Assembly: GCA_024408335.1 (NCBI GenBank)
Contig: JAKSVB010000008.1
Coordinates: 12,967-76,966 of the forward strand
Direction of reading: 5' to 3'
DNA length: 64,000 nt
Source of the DNA: Bacilli bacterium
Lineage (GTDB): Bacteria > Bacillota_I > Bacilli_A > RFN20 > CAG-826
This document shows, one piece after another, positions 1-8,617 of this stretch (positions are counted from its first letter, which is position 1; every line of letters begins with the position of its first letter). The notes below the pieces were generated by a model. That model saw nothing but the letters and a program-made list of their open reading frames with translations, made no database searches and was not told the DNA's origin. The translations under genes were made by a program, and so were the position numbers.

Positions 1-1
1 T

Positions 2-172
2 TCTCATAGGGAAGATGGCGAAGTCATGGTCGCGTTAAGAAAAGACGTAAGAAAAGGAAACGTCCCTGGTCAAGCGGTCGTAAAAACCTTCAAAACGGTA
101 CGTATAAACAAGGTTTCAAAAGAAACAAAAGATATGGTCTTAAAAGCCACGAAATACAGATTCCAAAAATAA
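2..172 (+). CDS. 3' end of a CDS running in from the left edge (hypothetical)
   Basis: Open frame from base 2 (SHREDGEVMVALRKD...KYRFQK) ending TAA at 170-172, 2 nt before the next ATG. Confidence 0.6.
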   Translation, partial: SHREDGEVMVALRKDVRKGNVPGQAVVKTFKTVRINKVSKETKDMVLKATKYRFQK

Positions 173-174
173 GC

Positions 175-942
175 ATGAAAAAGTTAAATTTGTTCTCTCT
201 TCTCCCTCTCTTATGTTTGTCATCATGCGGCAAAGAGGCTTTTTCATATTCGAAAGTTAACGACTTGACCAAAGACTATTTGCTTTTTAGAAATGATAGA
301 ACCGCTTATTGGGGCAAAGAGGTTAAGGCTAATGACATCATCTATCGAGCAAGCAAAGGCGAGGGCGTTTTATTTGTTTTCCTTTCAGACACTTGTAGCG
401 CTTGTAACATCGCAAAAACAACATATAAAGAAGCTCTTAGACCATACGATCTCGATGTTTCTATCATTCTTAATAACACCAATAGCGAGGCGGATGCCAT
501 CAATAGCTACGTTGCAAGAAAGGGTATCGAAAAGAGACTTACTAACCCTGTTATGAGTGGCGCTACCCCTAGCATGTATCTCCTAAATGACAAAGTCCTA
601 ACCGAAGTCATCTATGGCACTGAAGAGAATCAAGAAAAAGACAGCAAGAAAATCAGAAACACCCTTAAGGCATATACCAGCATCACCACGATCTATAGAG
701 CGAAGGAATACGAGTCACTCAAAGACCTTACTTATTTCTTCGATAGCAGCGTTTCTAGCGAAATCGATTTCTTTTATGATGTCGTTTTCCCAAAAGCCCT
801 AACAAGTACGCGCGAAATCTCCTATGTCGACATCAAAGGTTACTCAATGGACGATATCGATTTCATCTCTGGACAAATCGGAGAAAGCGCCCAAGACGGC
901 TTAATCTATAACAAAAAGACGAAATTAGGCGATCACTACTGA
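175..942 (+). CDS. Lipoprotein with thioredoxin-like CxxC
   Basis: Lipobox LSSC; VFLSDTCSAC and ATPSMY (cis-Pro-like) motifs; ends in TGA followed by 13 more open codons. Confidence 0.7.
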   Translation: MKKLNLFSLLPLLCLSSCGKEAFSYSKVNDLTKDYLLFRNDRTAYWGKEVKANDIIYRASKGEGVLFVFLSDTCSACNIAKTTYKEALRPYDLDVSIILNNTNSEADAINSYVARKGIEKRLTNPVMSGATPSMYLLNDKVLTEVIYGTEENQEKDSKKIRNTLKAYTSITTIYRAKEYESLKDLTYFFDSSVSSEIDFFYDVVFPKALTSTREISYVDIKGYSMDDIDFISGQIGESAQDGLIYNKKTKLGDHY

Positions 943-1061
943 ACCTCAAAAGGAATCGAAATCCTTAACAGTTACTTCGCTTAGTTGTTTGTAGCTTAGG
1001 CTTGAGTATCAATTTTTGAAAAATTTCTAGCGCTTCTTTAACGGTACATATTGTAAATATG

Positions 1062-1089
1062 TTGCTTCAGCATCAATTTCGGCTATAAT
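1062..1089 (+). promoter_or_regulatory. sigma-A promoter of the riboswitch-controlled operon
   Basis: TTGCTT-16 nt-TATAAT immediately upstream of the aptamer. Confidence 0.65.
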
Positions 1090-1090
1090 T

Positions 1091-1168
1091 TGGCTGTAAA
1101 AAGCAAACCTAGAGTAATCTAGCGACGCAAAACTATAGGGCCCTTCCGGGGCAGCCAGCTGCCATCGT
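1091..1168 (+). ncRNA. Cyclic-dinucleotide riboswitch, c-di-GMP-I/GEMM-I class, A20 variant
   Basis: GCAAACC-TAGA-GTAA-TCTAG-CGACGCAAA...TAGGG-CCC..GGGGCAGCCAGCTGCC matches GEMM-I consensus elements (GCAAAC, GNRA-capped P2, GACGCAAA, CAGCCAGYTGCC); A at 1102 precedes GCAAA. Confidence 0.85.
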
Positions 1169-1181
1169 GAGCTGGTTTTTT
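1153..1181 (+). terminator. Riboswitch expression-platform terminator overlapping the aptamer 3' strand
   Basis: GCCAGCT-9 nt loop-AGCTGGT followed by a T-run. Confidence 0.75.
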
Positions 1182-1203
1182 GTGACTATCAAAGGAGAAG
1201 AAA

Positions 1204-2049
1204 ATGGAAAGGAAGTACAAGGTCAAAGCGTTAGCACTTGTGTGTCTCAACGTTCTTTCGTGTACCACCATGTTCGTCTCCGTTACCGCCGCATGGTTTA
1301 CCACTGTCAAATCCGCTGAAGCTGCAGCCCAAGTCTTCAAAACACAAAGCGACGATAGGCTTGATGTATCTTTCGAGATCTATGACTACGACCTCGATAA
1401 CATGACTGGCAAAGTCGCAACGGATTCAATCACCAAAGATGATAAAGGAAGAGATGTTTTTGTCTCCAAATTCGCTCTCCCTCAATACGACTCTTTCATT
1501 CCAGAAAGAAACACATACAACAACAAGATCCTCAGAATCGAAATTCTTTCGAAGACGAGTATCGATTCGACTTCTAAATTCTCTTTGAGCATCCCTTGCT
1601 CAGGTTCTTTCCTTGACGGCGAGTCCAATGTCACAAGGAATATGTCCAACATCATCGGTTTCAAGTACTTCTTCAAGCATGAGCTCCCAAACCCAGCTTC
1701 TTTGAACGAATCATCTCCAGACTCAATATATGCTGGAGCGTATAGAGTCTTTAATGGCATCGAAGAATCTAGAAGTTATGTCACCATTAACGATGAACCT
1801 AATGGCAGCAAAACCGGAGGCAAGATCCAAGAAAACGCCATACTTTTCGATGAGTTAGATCTTGATGAGAATGCCTCGGATGCAGTCACTGTCATGTATC
1901 TTGAATACTTCTATAAGGAAGACCTCGTTGATTATTACTTCGACCACTCAACAGATAAGAAAGCGACCGCAGATGATCTTGCATCGTATTCGGTTTCTTT
2001 TGCTTGCGATATCGTAAAGCTTCAATTCAATGTAGGAGGTAATGACTAA
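1204..2049 (+). CDS. Exported protein with SipW-type signal peptide (TasA/CalY-like N-terminus)
   Basis: SD AAGGAG; hydrophobic N-terminus ending VTAAWFT. Confidence 0.7.
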   Translation: MERKYKVKALALVCLNVLSCTTMFVSVTAAWFTTVKSAEAAAQVFKTQSDDRLDVSFEIYDYDLDNMTGKVATDSITKDDKGRDVFVSKFALPQYDSFIPERNTYNNKILRIEILSKTSIDSTSKFSLSIPCSGSFLDGESNVTRNMSNIIGFKYFFKHELPNPASLNESSPDSIYAGAYRVFNGIEESRSYVTINDEPNGSKTGGKIQENAILFDELDLDENASDAVTVMYLEYFYKEDLVDYYFDHSTDKKATADDLASYSVSFACDIVKLQFNVGGND

Positions 2050-5000
2050 TGGACAAAGTCAAAAAGTCTAAGTTTACTCTCCTAATCACTTCTCTTTGCT
2101 CTGGAGCCCTTCTTCTTTCAAGCGGTTTCTCTTTAGCCTGGTTCTATAACGAAAAGAAGATCGATATCGATGATGGCCTTACTGGTTCAGTCCTTCAAAA
2201 GTATTTCCATAGCGGCACTGGCAAAAGCACAGATCCTTTCATCATCACCCGTCCTAGACATTATGAAAACATGGTCCTTCTCCACTACAACCTTGAAGGT
2301 TTTGCGGAGCATGAATTCTACTACGAAATCGGCACCGATATGGATGGTGACGGAGTCAAAGAAGTCTATAACTACAGCAAAGGCAGAGTCGAATACGTTA
2401 ATGGAAGCCCATACTCCACCACTCTAAACTGTGACCGTATTGCTTCTTTAGCGCCTCTTGGCTCAAAAGAGCTTCCTTTTAACTCCCACATTCAAGGTAA
2501 CGGCATGACCGTCTCAGGCTTCAAGATCGACGCGACTAGAGGCCAGTATTCAGATATCGGAATTTTTGGATTCGTTGGATATGGTACATGCTTAAATACA
2601 TATTTCAGCAATTTCGAGATCGATACGACGGGCACACATTACGATGAGCCTACCGATGAAGAATTGGCTTCAGGAACTGAGCACCTCCATAATGACGGCG
2701 CGATCCATATGGGCTATATCGCAGGTCACTTAGACCAAACAGAAAACTTCCAAAACGTCTATGTCAATAACTGCACCCTCAAAGGCACAACAAACGGACT
2801 TCACGTTAATAACTATGGTTATTATGGAAGAGCGGAACAAGACGCATTAGGCGGTGGTTTAGGCTATGGCCGTGACTACACTTTCTCTTTGAATTCGCAA
2901 TCCGTTTTCAATTACTTTAACTCGACCTATAACTCCATTAAAGACGATCAACTCGTTCTCAAAAACACAAGAGAAACAGCTGATGTAGCGCCTAATAAAG
3001 ATGGCGACAAAATCAAGAGAATGACCGCAAACGATCAAACAGCAGTCCCATTCTCTACAGCTGTTAGCCCTGATTCTGCAGCAGGCTCAGGAACGTATGT
3101 CATCAACAACGGTTATTCATTGTCCACTGCAGGTTATACCTCACCTGAGTTTGTTGAAAACAGACACGAATATAACGTTTACTACCAAGACAGGGAATAC
3201 GTTGATAAAGACGATGGAGATCATTCTCATAACGGACAAAACAAAATCCCTGCGAGCACACCACTCTATTATGACCACTCTTTAAAAGGCGCTGGCGAAG
3301 GTTTAATTGTCGACAATAGCGATCCAGAAAACAGAAAAGAATATCCAACCGCTTATTATTTTTGGGACTCCGCGTCTAACAGTTATAAATACGGCGAATC
3401 ATACGATAGAAAAGTCATAAAAGATGTTGATGTGTATCCTGTTAAGTTAACATTCAATGACTTTACGTCAGAGCCTTTCACATCAGCCGTCACCCCATCC
3501 ATAAATTCGCTTAACATTGATGCAAGACTGTTTTTTGATGATCCTGGAATCAACGGAAACGCTTATAACTTTATAGCGTTGACGGTGCATCCGACCATTT
3601 CATCAAATGGAATATCCCGTACAATAAAAATGAGTTTTGACCCAATTCAGTTATCAGATGTTCAAGAAGGCATCCATCATTTTTCAATATTGCTTTCGTT
3701 TACATTTGGCACTTGGTTCACCGGAACACATAGAAGCATCTATCTTTATCCAAAAGGAGGCTATGACGAAACGGCAAACACTTTGGAGCAAGACGCAATC
3801 ACCGTCAATGACGCTAAAGCAGGGAAACAGCTAAATCTAAGTGACAAAAGCGCTTTTTGGTTTAAAGATTACGGCGATATTTCAAACACAAAAACCCCTT
3901 ACAACGACTTAATCGACGCAAGCAAAAACCTAATCCGAAGAATCCCTTTCTCCTTCGAGGATTCAAAAGACATTATTCACGTTGACCCAAGAACATTTGA
4001 AACTCCACTTAAATATAAAGAAGTCATTGATGGGGTCGAGCAAGAAGAGTTTATCGAAGTCGGTGGTTTAACGTCGGATAGTCACACTAACTTCAACTAC
4101 GTTCCTGGTGTGGGCGAAAACCATGGGACTTGGAAATTGATAGTAGTTACAAGAGACGTCGTCGACAATCCAGACACGTTAGATTACTTCCCGTCCGAAG
4201 ACAGCATCATCTATGGGTCCGGATACCGGTCTCGAAACATAGACGTTGTTGGAGGAGGCGCCGAATTCTATTACCGCAAGATCGGCAACACAAACATAGC
4301 CGTACTAGCATTAAAATCCGAACAAACAGCAGGGCAAAGAGTTGGTTTGCCTCCAACAAAAGGCCAACCTTTCTATGCAAACGAGCAATGTTCAAGTTCA
4401 ATCGTCGTTTACCTCAAGAACACTTCGAACGCGATAGACGATAGAGATGACCTACTTGGTAAAATCTCATTTACCTATGTCCAGGTTTCTTTCTTTGGAA
4501 ACGGCATCGAAGTCGTTGATCCAACCTTCAAAAAAGGCGATGGTTTTATGTCGCTTAAGAGTGCTGGCACAAACACAGTTGAATCGAACGATGGAGGGTT
4601 CATCAACCTCACCCACACCATTTCTCTTGACCTTCTTGAAAGCGATGTCAAAAAGGTTGCGTACTGTGGCTTAGACGCTGATGGCAACGTTGTCGGAAGA
4701 TACACGAGTAGCGGCGTTTGGGATCCCCTAACATCAGAACCGCAAACAGATGAACAGAACGAAAGAGATCAAGCAAAGATTGATACATATGTTCTTGTTC
4801 TTGGAGGCCAATCGAATAACGCTAATAATGATACATGGATCACAAACATTGACTTCGAGTACAAAGCTCAAGATGGCTACGGCGGTACTTTCGGTTCAAT
4901 CGGATATCGCAGTGCTACAGATGAAAAAATCGAAAACACCATCCTTAACTACTATCTTTCCAACCCAACAGCACAAGGAAAGCCTGCTGACTTTAGCTAC

Positions 5001-5231
5001 TATGTTAACGTTAAATACGTGAGCAAAGATCCAGAGGATACCGAATATACAAAGAAGGGAAGATACTATATCACATGTTATAGCGATACCGATGTTAAGC
5101 TTAAGATATTCAACTATTACCCTGAGCTATACGATGTGTATGTGAAATCTGACCCCGACGGGGACTTTGTTCAAGCGACAGGTTCTAAACCAGAAGTGAC
5201 AATTGAAGCGTCAACGATACCAACGAGTTAG
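2049..5231 (+). CDS. Large exported protein with SipW-type signal and GLUG-like/beta-helical N-terminal region
   Basis: SLAWFY cleavage motif; SGTGKSTDPFII, IGIFGFVG and MGYIAGH motifs; TAATG coupling with upstream gene. Confidence 0.7.
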   Translation: MDKVKKSKFTLLITSLCSGALLLSSGFSLAWFYNEKKIDIDDGLTGSVLQKYFHSGTGKSTDPFIITRPRHYENMVLLHYNLEGFAEHEFYYEIGTDMDGDGVKEVYNYSKGRVEYVNGSPYSTTLNCDRIASLAPLGSKELPFNSHIQGNGMTVSGFKIDATRGQYSDIGIFGFVGYGTCLNTYFSNFEIDTTGTHYDEPTDEELASGTEHLHNDGAIHMGYIAGHLDQTENFQNVYVNNCTLKGTTNGLHVNNYGYYGRAEQDALGGGLGYGRDYTFSLNSQSVFNYFNSTYNSIKDDQLVLKNTRETADVAPNKDGDKIKRMTANDQTAVPFSTAVSPDSAAGSGTYVINNGYSLSTAGYTSPEFVENRHEYNVYYQDREYVDKDDGDHSHNGQNKIPASTPLYYDHSLKGAGEGLIVDNSDPENRKEYPTAYYFWDSASNSYKYGESYDRKVIKDVDVYPVKLTFNDFTSEPFTSAVTPSINSLNIDARLFFDDPGINGNAYNFIALTVHPTISSNGISRTIKMSFDPIQLSDVQEGIHHFSILLSFTFGTWFTGTHRSIYLYPKGGYDETANTLEQDAITVNDAKAGKQLNLSDKSAFWFKDYGDISNTKTPYNDLIDASKNLIRRIPFSFEDSKDIIHVDPRTFETPLKYKEVIDGVEQEEFIEVGGLTSDSHTNFNYVPGVGENHGTWKLIVVTRDVVDNPDTLDYFPSEDSIIYGSGYRSRNIDVVGGGAEFYYRKIGNTNIAVLALKSEQTAGQRVGLPPTKGQPFYANEQCSSSIVVYLKNTSNAIDDRDDLLGKISFTYVQVSFFGNGIEVVDPTFKKGDGFMSLKSAGTNTVESNDGGFINLTHTISLDLLESDVKKVAYCGLDADGNVVGRYTSSGVWDPLTSEPQTDEQNERDQAKIDTYVLVLGGQSNNANNDTWITNIDFEYKAQDGYGGTFGSIGYRSATDEKIENTILNYYLSNPTAQGKPADFSYYVNVKYVSKDPEDTEYTKKGRYYITCYSDTDVKLKIFNYYPELYDVYVKSDPDGDFVQATGSKPEVTIEASTIPTS

Positions 5232-5242
5232 AGGCTACGAAT

Positions 5243-5515
5243 ATGAAATCAAAGAAAATTATTTGGGGAGTTATTTTTGGTCTCGATATCGGCCTTACTC
5301 TCTTTTTCCTAATCACCACGATAATAATGCTTGCTACTATGCCTAGTAACATTGATATCGCGCTTAATTATTATCAAGACAATTACATTGGTTATCTTCA
5401 AAAGAACTCCAATATGTTTTTAGTGCTCATTGTCATACCGATGTTAGTTTTGTTTGTCGCTAACGCGGTAGGGTTAGTTATCTACGCTTTAAAGACAAGA
5501 AAGAGAACCGCGTAA
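5243..5515 (+). CDS. Small 2-TM membrane protein
   Basis: Two hydrophobic segments; GAGG SD; 11 nt downstream of the large exported protein. Confidence 0.7.
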   Translation: MKSKKIIWGVIFGLDIGLTLFFLITTIIMLATMPSNIDIALNYYQDNYIGYLQKNSNMFLVLIVIPMLVLFVANAVGLVIYALKTRKRTA

Positions 5516-5604
5516 AATCGTATGAAGTAATCTGACAAGGTCGGTCGGTAATTATTCAATCACTATCGAAAACTGATTAAGACCCAGTCAAAGAAACATA
5601 AACA

Positions 5605-5636
5605 AAAACTGCCTGACACTTTTATCAGGCAGCTTT
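5605..5636. terminator. 32-nt hairpin, boundary site 1 of the tandem cassettes
   Basis: AAAACTGCCTGA-CACTTTTA-TCAGGCAGCTTT between convergent genes. Confidence 0.7.
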
Positions 5637-5680
5637 CATCTATTGCATATTCAAGCTACGCCAGTATAAGCGGCAGCTCT

Positions 5681-6169
5681 CTATCCTGTGCACCCGTAAT
5701 AGACGGTGACATCGGAGTAGACTTGGTATCCATATGGAACTTCTTGGGTTCTTTCTGGATCAAAGCATATTTGCGCTATGAAATAATAACCATCGCCTTT
5801 GACTTGGTATTTGGGTTTAATCTTCCTAGCAAAATCTGAATCAACTTTAAGCACGGACCCTCTTGCGTATTCGATCGCGCAATCGAACCTAGGATCGCCC
5901 CATCCTCTGTCATTTACATAATAGGATTGATACACGGTAACTGTGTAGAAATCCTTGATTTCGGCAGGTTCGGAAGAAATCGAAATATTGGAACTTGAAG
6001 AATCCAACGTGGAAAAGGAAGAAGCCGTGTCTTCGCTTGAAGCGACCGAAGTGGAATGCTCCGATGGGTCGGTTGGGTCACTAACCGGCTTAGAGCAGGA
6101 CGCTAACGAAAAGATGATGGATGCCATCGCGGAACTTGCGATTATTGATCTAAATATTTCAAACCTCAT
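5681..6169 (-). CDS. Ser-rich lipoprotein A, copy 1 (chimeric signal peptide)
   Basis: Lipobox LASC; mature part near-identical to 8139-8612; N-terminus resembles that of 8618-9946. Confidence 0.75.
   Translation of the reverse strand: MRFEIFRSIIASSAMASIIFSLASCSKPVSDPTDPSEHSTSVASSEDTASSFSTLDSSSSNISISSEPAEIKDFYTVTVYQSYYVNDRGWGDPRFDCAIEYARGSVLKVDSDFARKIKPKYQVKGDGYYFIAQICFDPERTQEVPYGYQVYSDVTVYYGCTG
5682..6105. repeat. Direct repeat A copy 1 (copy 2 at 8140-8563)
   Basis: Base-by-base match at offset 2458; differences cluster in the C-terminal-coding part. Confidence 0.95.
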
Positions 6170-6260
6170 CTAAGCGCCCTCTTTAATTCTCTTTATAGTA
6201 GATAGTTTTTTTGCAAAGTCAAGAATTATACGATGCGCGTAGAAGCTTGATTGCCATTAC
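6121..6260. repeat. Diverged promoter + signal-peptide module copy 1 (copy 2 at ~9898-10040)
   Basis: Shared AATTATACGATGCGCGTAGA, TGCGATTAT and GCCAYTACTT blocks; contains a minus-strand TTGACT...TACTAT promoter. Confidence 0.85.
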
Positions 6261-7474
6261 TTTGCCCTAAGTTTTTTGTCGAATAGAAGTCCTTCGTCAA
6301 GATCGTCCCATCTCGAATACAAATAATAGTCGCCCATTGCGTCGCTATATCCTTTTGGGTATGTCCCTTCGCACATTATGTGCTCCTCGTATTCTTTCCT
6401 TAATTCATTGATGTCGTTTGAGTATTGAAGGTTGTTCCTCTTTGATGAGGCGATCGCATAATACTTTTCTTTGCTTAGGTCCTGACTATTTACACCATCG
6501 ACGATTATGTCGGCGTACACATCATATATCGACGCGTTTAAAGCGATGCTATAAAGATCAGTGGTATTTCCTCCGCAAGGCCTCATGTTGCATTCAAGCC
6601 CTACGAATTCGCCTTTTTTCCCTAAGCCTTCCTTATCCTTATTAAGAACGAAGAACTCGATATGGAAGAATCTTTTCTTGATCCCAAAAGCCTTGATGGC
6701 TCTTTTCCCTGCTTCTAGGAAGGAGGATGCGTCGATGTCTTTCATCGGGAGATCAAAAGGAGCGATGTAATAAGAATCGTCACTCTGCTCTTCCACCATA
6801 TCGCTGGAATTTGTATCAAAATGATTGCTTAAAGCGATCACGCAGTCACTATTAGAGTCGCAAAGACCATCGAAAGAAACGATGTTCCCATCAACATACT
6901 CTTCCATGATATATGTTTCTGGGAGTTTCTCTTTTAAGAATCCTCTTAATTCGCACTCATTATTTAATTTAAATGAATCGGTCGCCCCTACTCCGACGTT
7001 AGGTTTAACGAAAACGGGATAAGATACGCCATTTGCAAAAGAGATGGCAGCATCTAAATCCTCTGGCCCACCAACGAGGACGAATCTCATCGTTTTTATG
7101 CAAGCGGCTTCAAAGCACTTCTTCATTTCGCTTTTGGCTTTGATCTTTGCCATCTCGAAAGGAAGGAACCCTGAAGTAACCCCTAAGTCTTCTCTTAGCT
7201 TTGAATCTTCTAAAAGCCACCACTCGTTATTGCTTTCAATATAATCAATATGCCCATATTTGGATTCGTAATACCTACAGGTATCAAGCATATGCTGATA
7301 GACCGCCATATCATTGACTCTCGCATATTCAGTAAGGGCATCTTTGAGTTCGTCTTTTAGAGTATCGTAAGGAGCGTCACCAATCCCTAAGACAGTTACA
7401 CCTTTGTTTTTAAGGGACACCGCTATCTTGTAGAAGGTTTCAGGGAAGTTTGGCGAGATGAAAATGTAATTCAT
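6257..7474 (-). CDS. ATP-grasp domain protein (carboxylate-amine ligase family)
   Basis: NYIFISPNFP start; YPVFVKPNVGVGA, YIMEEYVDG, FFHIEFF and LECNMRPCGG motifs; ATG at 7474 appears leaderless. Confidence 0.85.
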   Translation of the reverse strand: MNYIFISPNFPETFYKIAVSLKNKGVTVLGIGDAPYDTLKDELKDALTEYARVNDMAVYQHMLDTCRYYESKYGHIDYIESNNEWWLLEDSKLREDLGVTSGFLPFEMAKIKAKSEMKKCFEAACIKTMRFVLVGGPEDLDAAISFANGVSYPVFVKPNVGVGATDSFKLNNECELRGFLKEKLPETYIMEEYVDGNIVSFDGLCDSNSDCVIALSNHFDTNSSDMVEEQSDDSYYIAPFDLPMKDIDASSFLEAGKRAIKAFGIKKRFFHIEFFVLNKDKEGLGKKGEFVGLECNMRPCGGNTTDLYSIALNASIYDVYADIIVDGVNSQDLSKEKYYAIASSKRNNLQYSNDINELRKEYEEHIMCEGTYPKGYSDAMGDYYLYSRWDDLDEGLLFDKKLRAK

Positions 7475-7631
7475 AAACGTATTGTATGAGGACAATCTCA
7501 ACTATTCAAAATGAAACCGCTTTAAAAGATAAAAAGCCCGTTTCGTATATCATAAAACATGGTTTAATCGAAAAACTCAGATTTGACATCATATGAATAT
7601 GTATATATATTGTTTATATACGAGGTAATTT

Positions 7632-8042
7632 ATGAAAAACAAGGGCTTTAAATTATTCGCTTTAACGGCAGCCGTTCTTGGGGTTTTAATGTTTTCTTCC
7701 TGCTCTAATGCCGAAAACAATCGAGACAAAGAAATCGTTGATAGCTTGGAATTTGGCATCAAAAAAGAACACGAGAAAGGCGAGCTAATCGTCGGGCTTG
7801 ACACTGGCACCAGCAAAGATATCGCCAGCAAAAAGACATCAGAAGCAGAGTACTTCAAAGGCACAAAGCTGAGGATCGAGGCATATAGTTGTTTGACTGG
7901 TACCCAGGTATACGACGATCTAATGTATCTTATTACTCTGGAAGATAAGAGCGACGCTTATTTGATCGAAAGCGCGAAAACCCTCTCTAATTACAAAGGG
8001 GTCACGTTAGTCTCTTTTAACTATATTGCGTACCCTGCCTAA
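7632..8042 (+). CDS. Lipoprotein B copy 1, resembling a stand-alone subtilase pro-domain (I9-like)
   Basis: SD GAGGT, lipobox FSSC; GELIVGL...VTLVSFNYI pattern. Confidence 0.65.
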   Translation: MKNKGFKLFALTAAVLGVLMFSSCSNAENNRDKEIVDSLEFGIKKEHEKGELIVGLDTGTSKDIASKKTSEAEYFKGTKLRIEAYSCLTGTQVYDDLMYLITLEDKSDAYLIESAKTLSNYKGVTLVSFNYIAYPA

Positions 8043-8064
8043 AAAATAGCAAGCACAATGAAAA
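7673..8064. repeat. Direct repeat B copy 1 (copy 2 at 10042-10433)
   Basis: Near-identical at offset 2369. Confidence 0.95.
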
Positions 8065-8092
8065 CTGCCAGGCGTTTCCGCTTGGCAGTTTT
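8061..8092. terminator. 32-nt hairpin, boundary site 2 (bidirectional terminator-like)
   Basis: AAAACTGCCAGGCG-TTTC-CGCTTGGCAGTTTT. Confidence 0.75.
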
Positions 8093-8138
8093 TAGCGCTC
8101 GCAAAATCTCGTAAGCATTCCCGAGAAGAGAATCGAGA

Positions 8139-8612
8139 TTATCCCGTGCACCCGTAATAGACAGTGACATCAGAATAGACTTGGTATCCACGTGGAACTT
8201 CTTGGGTTCTTTCTGGATCAAAACATAGCCGCTCTATGTGATAATAACCATCGCCTTTGACTTGGTATTTGGGTTTGATCTTCCTAGCAAAATCCGAATC
8301 AACTTTAAGCACGGACCCTCTTGCGTATTCGATCGTGCAATCGAACCTAGGATCGCCCCATCCTCTGTCATTTACATAATAGGATTGATACACGGTAACT
8401 GTGTAGAAATCCTTGATTTCGGCAGGTTCGGAAGAAATCGAAATATTGGAACTTGAAGAATCCAACGTGGAAAAGGAAGAAGCCGTGTCTTCGCTTGAAG
8501 CGACCGAAGTGGAATGCTCCGATGGGTCGGTTGGGTCACTAACCGGCTTAGAGCAGGACGCTAGGGCGAATAGAGTCGATGCCATTAATACTAATGTTTT
8601 CGTCATTTTCAT
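8139..8612 (-). CDS. Ser-rich lipoprotein A, copy 2
   Basis: Start MKMTKTLVLM at 8612 with GAGGT SD; lipobox LASC. Confidence 0.8.
   Translation of the reverse strand: MKMTKTLVLMASTLFALASCSKPVSDPTDPSEHSTSVASSEDTASSFSTLDSSSSNISISSEPAEIKDFYTVTVYQSYYVNDRGWGDPRFDCTIEYARGSVLKVDSDFARKIKPKYQVKGDGYYHIERLCFDPERTQEVPRGYQVYSDVTVYYGCTG
8140..8563. repeat. Direct repeat A copy 2
   Basis: Matches 5682-6105. Confidence 0.95.
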
Positions 8613-8617
8613 CGTTT

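Noticed and set aside
940-942. Genetic code 4 (TGA=Trp)
   Set aside because: Long conserved genes are intact under code 11 using TGG, and TGA serves as stop in ATGA overlaps (35853-35856, 42988-42991)
5682-8563. Diversity-generating retroelement (TR/VR pair) suggested by C-terminally variable lipoA copies
   Set aside because: Substitutions are not confined to adenines on either strand, both copies are full genes and no reverse transcriptase is in the window
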